The position numbers were made by a program, and so were the translations under genes. A model generated the notes under the pieces. It worked only from the letters and a program-made list of their open reading frames with translations. It had not been told where the DNA came from and did not search any database. From NCBI GenBank assembly GCA_019456305.1, contig VRUD01000012.1:3531-67530 (forward strand): a stretch of 64,000 nt of DNA, in the 5' to 3' direction. The stretch is from Cytophagales bacterium. Its GTDB lineage: Bacteria > Bacteroidota > Bacteroidia > Cytophagales > VRUD01. Of the stretch, positions 15,503 through 23,647 are shown in pieces (positions within the stretch are counted from its first letter, which is position 1; the number at the start of each line of letters is the position of its first letter).

Positions 15503-16519
15503 ATGATAATCGACCTGCGTAGCGACACCGTCACAAAGCCAACAAAACCCATGCTGGAGGCAATGTTCTCTGCCGAAGTAGGTGATGATGTATTTGAAGA
15601 AGATCCAACTGTTAAGAAGCTGGAACAAAAACTGGCTAAAATATTTAAGATGGAATCCGGGCTTTTTTGTCCATCCGGAACTATGTGCAACCAGATCGCA
15701 ATAAGGATCCATACACAACCAGGGGATGAAATTATTTGTGACGAATCAGCACATATTTATAATTTTGAAGGGGGTGGCCCGGCTACTAATTCGGGCGCTT
15801 CTATTAAAGTGATAAAAGGCGCAAATGGGATCATTTCTCCGGAAGATATAAAATCAAATACCAGGTCTGTTGCAGATTGGTATGCCAGAAGTCGAATGGT
15901 CTTTATTGAAAACACTTGCAATATAACAGGTGGTAATTACTATAGACTTGAACAAATTAAGGCGCTCTCAGCGGTATGTAAGGAAAATGAACTAAAATTT
16001 CACCTTGATGGTGCCAGGATTTTCAACGCATTAGCAGAAACAAGAGATTCTCCACAGGATTTCGGTCAATACTTTGATTCTATTTCTATAGTTTTATCAA
16101 AGGGTTTAGGTTGTCCTGTTGGATCTGTCATTTTAGGAAATAAAGATTTTGTTAAAAAAGCACGGAAAACCCGGAAAATTTTAGGAGGAGGAATGCGACA
16201 AGTAGGTTATTTCGCGGCAGCCGGATTATATGCCCTGGATCATCACATCGACAGGCTAAAAGACGACCATCAAAGAGCGAGAGCTTTACAGGATATTTTA
16301 GTGGAAATTCCATTTGTAGAAGAAATTTTGCCTGTTTACACCAACATTGTCATATTTAAATTAAACAACACCATGAATAGTGAAGATTTTGAAAATAAAT
16401 TATTAAAAGAAAACATCAAAGTAGTTCACCTGGACTCACGTACGATAAGGATGGTAACACATCTGGATTTTGATGATGAGATGCTTGAAAGGGTTTCTGA
16501 GGTATTAAGAAGTTTATAG
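15503..16519 (+). CDS. ltaE: low-specificity L-threonine aldolase
   Basis: IDLRSDTVTKPT..M..AM..AEVGDDVFEEDPTV..LE; LSKGLGCPVGS (PLP Lys). Confidence 0.85.
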   Translation: MIIDLRSDTVTKPTKPMLEAMFSAEVGDDVFEEDPTVKKLEQKLAKIFKMESGLFCPSGTMCNQIAIRIHTQPGDEIICDESAHIYNFEGGGPATNSGASIKVIKGANGIISPEDIKSNTRSVADWYARSRMVFIENTCNITGGNYYRLEQIKALSAVCKENELKFHLDGARIFNALAETRDSPQDFGQYFDSISIVLSKGLGCPVGSVILGNKDFVKKARKTRKILGGGMRQVGYFAAAGLYALDHHIDRLKDDHQRARALQDILVEIPFVEEILPVYTNIVIFKLNNTMNSEDFENKLLKENIKVVHLDSRTIRMVTHLDFDDEMLERVSEVLRSL

Positions 16520-16594
16520 TGACCTTTGAAAAACCTACTAAATCTTGCCATTCACCCTGTTAGATAATAAATTAATCTAAAAATATCCACTACC

Positions 16595-18220
16595 ATGAAA
16601 GCACTAATATTAATTTTAATTTTAATCGGATTACTTTTTATTGATTCTCTTTTTGCTCAAGGCAAAAAGGAAATGGACCTTGCAGATATTTTAGACGAGT
16701 GGGTGCTAAATGATGACTATAATCTGACTTTTGAGAATATCAGGATCATTGAAGATAGAGCCCGTGCCATTACCGGAATTACGCGGGATGGTCAACAAGC
16801 GTCTGTATGCCTCGCGCAGGAATATCTAAAACAAACCCACAGGGAAAAGCTCAAATATGATGATGAAGGTTACATCGAAATAAATAAATCAATCAGTTTT
16901 AAGAATTCAGAATCTGAAGACCAAGAACTTTCAGAGTTTTTTTTGAAGGGTATTGCAATCGATACCCTGAAAGTATTAGCCTCAAATCTAAATATTTTAA
17001 GAATGGAAAATGTTAAGATCAATTATCTGTTTATGGATGGATTTGTTGCGCGTGATCGTGCCGGCATTTCAACTGGAATGGCGCTTAGGCAAATTAATAT
17101 ATCCCAATGCTTTTTTAAGGGTGGGGTTAAAATTTTGAGCTTTGAAGTTGTAATGGCCTGGATTAAGGATTCTTATTTCGGTGATAATATCACAATTATG
17201 ATAGGGTCAAAGCATGGGTTATCATTTAGTGGTAACAGAGATTATATACTTAAAGATCGGGTAATCAACTTATCCGATTTTCCCAAAAAAAACTTGCAGT
17301 GGGCATCAGAACAAGTGGTTCCAAAAGATTATAAGATGATACGGATGTATTCATCCGTAGATGAGTGGTATGGTATCAAGGAAAATTTCTTTCCCAATCA
17401 CGAGGTTTTCATCGGAGCCAAAACCAATAATTTCTATTTGGATGATAATTTATTTGGGCACATTACTCTTCTCATAGAATTTAATTCCATCGTTTCAACC
17501 GGTAACCATTTAATTTATGGTTTCACTCCGAAATTTCAGCTTGCAGAAAAAGTAATTGATATTGAGTGGCCACAAATAAAAGACCGGTTTAGTATAAAAA
17601 TTGACTCTTTTTATGTTCATCCGGCTCATGAAAAAATAATATCAGATTGGGCTTATTATAAAAAGGTATCCCGGTTTCTATACAGTTTGTCTAATAATTA
17701 TAAACAAGCCGGTTTAATTCAGTACGCCAATGAGTGCCTGGTTTTGTTTAAGAATATTGAACTTGAACGATTAAAATTTATTTTCAAAAGCGAAGGTGGT
17801 TTTGAACATTATTTCAGGTGGAAACTGGCACAACTTCTTAAAATTTATGTTGACCACGGTACTAATCCTGCCAAAGCTATTACAGTTTCAATGTATGTGA
17901 TTTTCATATTTGCCATTTTCTACTTTTTCTTCCCTTCTGAATGGGATGTAACCTCCAAAAGCAGGTTAATTAAAGACTTCAAAGACTTCACCCGGAAGAA
18001 CAACAAAGGCTATTTCAGGCCATTTCTATCTATGCTATTGGGATTCATAATTTCTTTGATAAATGCCCTGACACTGTCTTTAAACTCTTTTACAACCCTT
18101 GGATTTGGCAGGATACCCACCAAAGGACTGGCCCGGTATGTATGCATTATCCAGGGATTTATTGGATGGTTCCTGCTGACTATCTTTACTGTTTCGTTGA
18201 TTAATCAAGTGTTGGCTTAA
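16595..18220 (+). CDS. membrane protein: signal peptide, ~430-aa unknown N-terminal domain, C-terminal 2-TM K-channel-like pore
   Basis: TM (ITVSMYVIFIFAIFYFFF), pore helix plus filter-like LNSFTTLGFGRIP, TM (YVCIIQGFIGWFLLTIFTVSLI). Confidence 0.7.
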   Translation: MKALILILILIGLLFIDSLFAQGKKEMDLADILDEWVLNDDYNLTFENIRIIEDRARAITGITRDGQQASVCLAQEYLKQTHREKLKYDDEGYIEINKSISFKNSESEDQELSEFFLKGIAIDTLKVLASNLNILRMENVKINYLFMDGFVARDRAGISTGMALRQINISQCFFKGGVKILSFEVVMAWIKDSYFGDNITIMIGSKHGLSFSGNRDYILKDRVINLSDFPKKNLQWASEQVVPKDYKMIRMYSSVDEWYGIKENFFPNHEVFIGAKTNNFYLDDNLFGHITLLIEFNSIVSTGNHLIYGFTPKFQLAEKVIDIEWPQIKDRFSIKIDSFYVHPAHEKIISDWAYYKKVSRFLYSLSNNYKQAGLIQYANECLVLFKNIELERLKFIFKSEGGFEHYFRWKLAQLLKIYVDHGTNPAKAITVSMYVIFIFAIFYFFFPSEWDVTSKSRLIKDFKDFTRKNNKGYFRPFLSMLLGFIISLINALTLSLNSFTTLGFGRIPTKGLARYVCIIQGFIGWFLLTIFTVSLINQVLA

Positions 18221-18406
18221 ATGTAGTTTGTTTGCGGAATTCTGTAAAAAATGCTAAATTTGAATAATTAAAATGAACATAATTTCGTAATTTGATTATT
18301 AGTGCTAAATAGATATATTATGTATTACATTTATTTATTTAAAATATTTCACCCTCACGGGTGATCACCCGAAGGGTGAGAAATTCCGATACGAAAATTA
18401 TCTGTG

Positions 18407-19249
18407 ATGAACCCCGAAGACAAAGATATAGATATAGAATTTACCGAGCTTGAGAAGCTCACCTCCGCTATAAAAGAGACGTACAATTACGATTTCACAA
18501 ACTATGCAATGTCTTCTTTCAGAAGAAGGACATGGAGAATTTTAGAAAAATATGAGCTGGATTCTGTGGAGGTGTTAACAAAAAAAATTCAGGATGACAT
18601 CAATTTTTTCAAAGAGGTGCTCTCAGAAATTACCGTTAGTGTTACCGAAATGTTCAGAGACCCATCCATGTGGCAAATACTGCGAGACGATGTAATTCCG
18701 GATATCATACAGAGACCAAAGATCATTAATATCTGGCATGCAGGATGTTGTACAGGAGAAGAGGTTGTTTCAATTGCCATATTATTAAAGGAAATGGAAT
18801 TATTAGACTTTGCACGTATTACAGCTACTGATATTGACCACGTAATATTAGAAACAGCTTCAAAATGTACGCCTCCCTTGAGGCATATGGATATTTACAT
18901 AAAAAATTATACGGAATTTTCAGGGAAAGCAAAATTAAGTGATTATTACAAAGAGGAGAATGGCCTGGCTAAGATGGACAGGTCTTTGATGGAAAAAGTA
19001 ACATTTAAAGAACACGACCTTGTTGCCGGCAAACCCTTTTCAAAATTTGATCTCATTATTTGCAGGAATGTGATGATCTATTTTAACCAGAAATTACAAA
19101 ATAACGTACTAAAATTATTACACCAAAGTTTAGAAATGAACGGATATCTGATCATAGGACAACAAGAGTCTTTGATATGGTGTGAAATAGCGAATAAATT
19201 CAGTGTAGTGAACTACAGGGAAAAAGTTTATAAAAAAATAGCAGAATAG
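18407..19249 (+). CDS. cheR: CheR-type protein-glutamate O-methyltransferase
   Basis: YDFTNYAMSSFRRR..., TEMFRDPSMW, INIWHAGCCTGEEVVSIAILL, DLIICRNVMIYF. Confidence 0.85.
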   Translation: MNPEDKDIDIEFTELEKLTSAIKETYNYDFTNYAMSSFRRRTWRILEKYELDSVEVLTKKIQDDINFFKEVLSEITVSVTEMFRDPSMWQILRDDVIPDIIQRPKIINIWHAGCCTGEEVVSIAILLKEMELLDFARITATDIDHVILETASKCTPPLRHMDIYIKNYTEFSGKAKLSDYYKEENGLAKMDRSLMEKVTFKEHDLVAGKPFSKFDLIICRNVMIYFNQKLQNNVLKLLHQSLEMNGYLIIGQQESLIWCEIANKFSVVNYREKVYKKIAE

Positions 19250-19253
19250 CTGA

Positions 19254-19300
19254 CCCCGAGTGGTAGAGACGTTGCATTGCAACGTCTCTACCACTCGGGG
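19254..19300 (+). terminator. perfect 22-bp stem / 3-nt loop hairpin after cheR (repeat family 'ccgagt..tagagacg')
   Basis: ccccgagtggtagagacgttgc-att-gcaacgtctctaccactcgggg. Related hairpin at 63681..63739. Confidence 0.5.
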
Positions 19301-19333
19301 ACAACTATTTGTACATTTCGAAAATATATTTAA

Positions 19334-19903
19334 ATGAATACAAACAATAGTTATGAAGCAATCGTGATAGGCGGCTCTGCAGGGAGTTTTAAGATGGTAT
19401 TGAAAATTTTAAATAAGATACCTGCCAACTTTAAGTTGCCCATTATCATGGTCTTACACCGCCTGAAGGATGTAAAGCATGGCTTTAAAGAAGCATTATC
19501 CATTAAATCAACCAAACCTGTTTATGAGCCTTCTGACAGTGAAGTTATTAAAAGTGGGAATGTGTACCTTGCTCCTGCAAATTATCATATAGTGGTTGAA
19601 CCCGGTTTTAAATTTTTCCTTTCCAAAGGAAAAGTAGTGCACCACTCACGTCCGTCCATTGATATCACCTTTAATTCTGCCGCTAATGTTTATAAAAACA
19701 AACTGATAGGGATCTTGCTGTCAGGTGCTAATAAAGATGGTGCGTCGGGGATGAAAAAAATAAAAGACAAAGGCGGCTTAACTATCATACAGGACCCGGC
19801 TGAATGTTTGGTAGATACCATGCCTGTAGCGGCATTAAATGTAACAGAAATTGACCATATTTACAAAGTAAATGAAATCATTAAATTTTTGAACAGGTTA
19901 TAA
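19334..19903 (+). CDS. cheB: CheB-type protein-glutamate methylesterase, catalytic domain only (no receiver domain)
   Basis: IVIGGSAGS..., VLHR, SRPSIDITF, LSGANKDGASGMKKIKDKGGLTIIQDP. Confidence 0.85.
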   Translation: MNTNNSYEAIVIGGSAGSFKMVLKILNKIPANFKLPIIMVLHRLKDVKHGFKEALSIKSTKPVYEPSDSEVIKSGNVYLAPANYHIVVEPGFKFFLSKGKVVHHSRPSIDITFNSAANVYKNKLIGILLSGANKDGASGMKKIKDKGGLTIIQDPAECLVDTMPVAALNVTEIDHIYKVNEIIKFLNRL

Positions 19904-19937
19904 ATTCCTATTTTCAATCAACCTTTTTATTTCTTGT

Positions 19938-20000
19938 TTAGTTTAAGAGTTTTTTTGCCTCTTTTTGAAAGTTCTCAGTTGAAATTACCTTAACACTCAT
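19938..20000 (-). pseudogene. 20-codon remnant resembling the N-terminus of a RelE/ParE-type toxin
   Basis: MSVKVISTENFQKEAKKLLN*. Its ATG overlaps the last codons of the upstream antitoxin-like ORF by 11 nt, a typical TA arrangement. Confidence 0.3.
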
Positions 20001-20208
20001 TCAAAAATTCTCTTAAAGTTTTTCCCTTTTTCTTTCCTTTTTTAATTTCTTCTACTTCATCAAGGGCATTTGCAATTCCATTCAGAACCTTAATCTTGTT
20101 TTGCAGTTTTTCGTGTTCATTTTTAAATCTTTCCCAATTTTTCATTGGAATGACAACTGCTGTGTTATGTCCGTTCTGGTCAGTGATATATTTTAGTTGA
20201 AGTTCCAT
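19990..20208 (-). CDS. small antitoxin-like protein (unassigned family)
   Basis: MELQLKYITDQNGHNTAVVIPMKNWERFKNEHEKL...; 72 aa from ATG 20208. Confidence 0.5.
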   Translation of the reverse strand: MELQLKYITDQNGHNTAVVIPMKNWERFKNEHEKLQNKIKVLNGIANALDEVEEIKKGKKKGKTLREFLNEC

Positions 20209-20457
20209 TTTAGTTGGTTTTTTGTAAATATAACGAATTTTATTAATTGTTAAAAATTTTTGAGTCAATAATTTTACGTTACTATTATAGAAAAGTTTTT
20301 TTCGTTCGCTCTTTAATCAGTTGTAGGTATTCTTTTTTCAATTCTTCTGCTAAAAAACAAATCTGAATAAATTCGATTATATTTTTTATAAATGAAAGCT
20401 TTTAAGCTACTTAGATGAATATACCATGATCACGGATATTCCCAAATTCATTCATTC

Positions 20458-21612
20458 TCACCTTACAATCATAAATTTGGTAATAGCATGCCTCCCTTCA
20501 TTATTATCTACTTCCATAAAATACACTCCATTGCTCCAACCTTGAATAGAAATACTAGTAGTGTTTTGTTCGTTTACATCAATATTATTCACTTCAACAC
20601 CTAACGCGTTTAAGACCCGAATTGAGATTATAGTAGATTCATTCCACTTTATCGTTACAAAATCCTGAGCAGGATTAGGGTAAATCTTCACCTCCAGGCC
20701 ATTTTCGTTCAAATGATCAATTCCGGTTGAGCTAATTCTTCCTTTGATATCATATTTAGCAAAAAACTCCCAAATTTTAAATGAGGCATCAATGTCGTAG
20801 TTGGTAGTTCCAATTACTATGGGTGCCCCAGGCCAGGTGTGTGCTCCGTTAATTATTTTATAATGCTCTACTTCTACTCCGTTAATACCATTTTGATAGA
20901 GATGATGCTCTGCAGTACAACCATCTAATGTATCAATATCAGGCACATTAGTAACAATTGCAGGGGTATCGCACTGATTGAAACTCACCCAATAGCCGAG
21001 CGTATTATCAATAGATTCAATAGAGCCGGCTATGCCATTGTAGGGTACAGTAGGGTCTGCAGTTCCATGAATTTCCATCACCGGCATTGGATGCTGAGGG
21101 TTGCAGGACAGTGACTGGTTAAAATTCATGGTTCCGGTAACCGATGCAATAGCTGCAATACGATTACTCAGCTCGCAGGCCAACGTATAACTCATAAATC
21201 CACCATTAGACATGCCGGTGCTATAAACCCTGTTAAGATCAATATTATATTCTGAAGCAAGAGAATCTATCAATGCTCCAGTAAAACCGATATCATCAAC
21301 GATACCGCCCCAATTAGCGTTCCAGTAAGGTTGTCCATTGATATCCAACGTACCCATTGGATGCACTAATAAAAAGCCCGCAGTGTCTGCAATCATGCGG
21401 AAGTCACCATAAAACATCTGCTGATTGGCATTGCTGGTATAACCATGGAAATTAATTACCAGAGGAGCTGGACTTCCAGGTGAATATGTTGCAGGTACAT
21501 ATAAAATATATGATCGTTGTAATCCATCATGTGTAATGGTGTCATTAATCGTTTGTTGACCGAGGCAGAGAGTCGCTGCTAAAGAAAAACAGATGAGAAA
21601 TAGAGGGTTCAT
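20458..21612 (-). CDS. secreted PHB-depolymerase-family esterase (LpqC-like) with T9SS C-terminal sorting domain
   Basis: INFHGYTSNANQQ, nucleophile elbow GMSNGGFMS, IHGTADPTVPY; CTD ..KIYPNPAQDFVTIKW...GVYFMEVDN. ATG at 21612. Confidence 0.8.
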   Translation of the reverse strand: MNPLFLICFSLAATLCLGQQTINDTITHDGLQRSYILYVPATYSPGSPAPLVINFHGYTSNANQQMFYGDFRMIADTAGFLLVHPMGTLDINGQPYWNANWGGIVDDIGFTGALIDSLASEYNIDLNRVYSTGMSNGGFMSYTLACELSNRIAAIASVTGTMNFNQSLSCNPQHPMPVMEIHGTADPTVPYNGIAGSIESIDNTLGYWVSFNQCDTPAIVTNVPDIDTLDGCTAEHHLYQNGINGVEVEHYKIINGAHTWPGAPIVIGTTNYDIDASFKIWEFFAKYDIKGRISSTGIDHLNENGLEVKIYPNPAQDFVTIKWNESTIISIRVLNALGVEVNNIDVNEQNTTSISIQGWSNGVYFMEVDNNEGRHAITKFMIVR

Positions 21613-21741
21613 AGAATTTGAACAGATTTTATCTTTTGAACTTGAATTTAAAACCAACGTCTGCAATATACAAAAAGTAGTAAATCTGTATTTATTTATT
21701 GATTTCATATTGTAAGGATAAAAGAGCCTTTATTTTGCTCA

Positions 21742-22023
<282 letters not shown>

Positions 22024-23355
22024 CTATGTTGTAGGTAGTTCTCTTTTAATTAATTGTTCAAAACCCGGACTCATATAAAAAGCTTTGGTTTTTTTATTCG
22101 TTTGTATAATTTCCAAATATCCTTTGTTAACAAGTTCTGTTAAATCATTTCTCCCTGTCTGATTAGATACGTTAAGTCTGGTTTCAACTTCCTTTACAGT
22201 TAGTAATATATCAGGTTCCTCATAAATCCATTTTATTATCATTGCCTGGCGTTCATTAAGTCCTTTGATTCGTTGAAAGTGTATAAATCGTTTCTTCTCA
22301 TTAATTTTTCTTTGAATATACTCTCTTAAACTTTCATAAGCTAAATTCATAGTTTTTAGCTTGTAATTAATAAAGTAAGTCAAGTCATTTTCATCTATTT
22401 CGCTATGGATGAATGATAAAGCATATTGAGTTTTGCTTTTTACGATTAGCCTTGAAATAGAAAGATATTCAGTCAACCAATAACCACTTCTAAGTAAGAA
22501 CCAATAGAATAATGCTCTTGCACATCTTCCGTTTCCATCTACAAAAGGATGAATGAAACCGATCATGAAATGAATAATACACCCTTTAATAATTGGATGG
22601 ATGAATTGATCATTGTTCTTTTCATTAAAGAAGGAAAATAACTCCTCCATTAGTTTTGGCACCTCTTTGTAATCAGGTGGAGTATGAATAATTTCACCGT
22701 CTGTTGCGTCAATTACATTTACGTCATTATTTTCTCTGTAAGCTCCTTCATCATTTGAGTCGTCTAATGTTCGACTTGTAATTAACTCATGAATTTCAAA
22801 TAGCTTATCAATGGTTAAAGACTCATTTTGTATTTCAGCTATATGTTTAATTGTTAAGTAATTATTTACGATCATCTGCTCAGATTTATTTCTTGGTTTT
22901 TTACTTTTTCTGAGCATTTCTTTAGCTTTTTTCCTGGTAGTAACGGCTCCCTCAATTTGGCTTGAAGCAATTGCCTCTTCCATTATAGAACTAATCAGGT
23001 ATCTTTTTTTATCCTCTTTTGGGATTACGCTTTTTGTTCCCAATTGACCTCCAATATTTAAATCGAATTCGTGAAGCTTTTTCTGAATAAAATCGGTTAA
23101 ATTGAATTTGAAATTATATTTCCCAAATTTCAAATGCTTGGCATGAATCGCACGACTGAATTTGATTGCTGCCCATAGAATTTTTGCGTCCTTTTTTTGC
23201 TGCAGTTTTTGATATTTTACCTCATCCCAGTAAAGGTACCTTTCATTAATATTTTTTATTAATGACTGAAACGTACTATCCCTAAGCAGTTTAATTCCTT
23301 CATTAATGTATCTGTATTTCATCCAGCTAGCAGGGGGGTGTTCAGTTTTTCTCAT
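22024..23355 (-). CDS. Fic family protein (class II-like, N-terminal inhibitory motif) with C-terminal winged-helix domain
   Basis: Fic motif HPFVDGNGRCAR; inhibitory-helix motif SSQIEG upstream of it; C-terminal ..NVSNQTGRNDLTELVNKGYLE. Confidence 0.9.
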   Translation of the reverse strand: MRKTEHPPASWMKYRYINEGIKLLRDSTFQSLIKNINERYLYWDEVKYQKLQQKKDAKILWAAIKFSRAIHAKHLKFGKYNFKFNLTDFIQKKLHEFDLNIGGQLGTKSVIPKEDKKRYLISSIMEEAIASSQIEGAVTTRKKAKEMLRKSKKPRNKSEQMIVNNYLTIKHIAEIQNESLTIDKLFEIHELITSRTLDDSNDEGAYRENNDVNVIDATDGEIIHTPPDYKEVPKLMEELFSFFNEKNNDQFIHPIIKGCIIHFMIGFIHPFVDGNGRCARALFYWFLLRSGYWLTEYLSISRLIVKSKTQYALSFIHSEIDENDLTYFINYKLKTMNLAYESLREYIQRKINEKKRFIHFQRIKGLNERQAMIIKWIYEEPDILLTVKEVETRLNVSNQTGRNDLTELVNKGYLEIIQTNKKTKAFYMSPGFEQLIKRELPTT

Positions 23356-23452
23356 TTCCTAAAATGTCCTAATTTATGAAAAATTTGGAAATAATGCAAA
23401 GATAGTGATTTTTCCTAAAATGTCCTGATTTTTAAATAATTTGGAAATAATG
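23356..23452. repeat. two 41-bp direct repeats (37/41) abutting the fic start codon
   Basis: 23356-23396 and 23412-23452: ttcctaaaatgtcctRattt.t.aa.aatttggaaataatg. Confidence 0.9.
23397..23404 (-). promoter_or_regulatory. candidate -7 promoter box for fic, located between the two direct repeats
   Basis: Minus strand reads TATCTTTG (within ctatctttgca), 42 nt upstream of the ATG. Confidence 0.4.
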
Positions 23453-23647
23453 ACGGTTTCTCTCTTTACTTTTGAATTACCGCAACGGGAGTCTGTACAT
23501 CAACACCTGCAAGATATTAAAAAAGTATTTAGGATTTCTGTTTTTGGATTTAGAAAGTTAATAGTGAGAATTATAAACAGTGAGAGGTTAATGCACAGTC
23601 TGACGATTGGTATAAAGGGCGTTTTAATACCCTTTGTTTATCGTTTT

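Noticed and set aside
20269-20457. Unannotated 190-nt gap between the antitoxin-like gene and the esterase gene; a start-less minus-strand reading frame (..FIKNIIEFIQICFLAEELKKEYLQLIKERTKKTFL*)
   Set aside because: It has no start codon, no recognisable family and is short. It may be a gene relic, but this cannot be supported.
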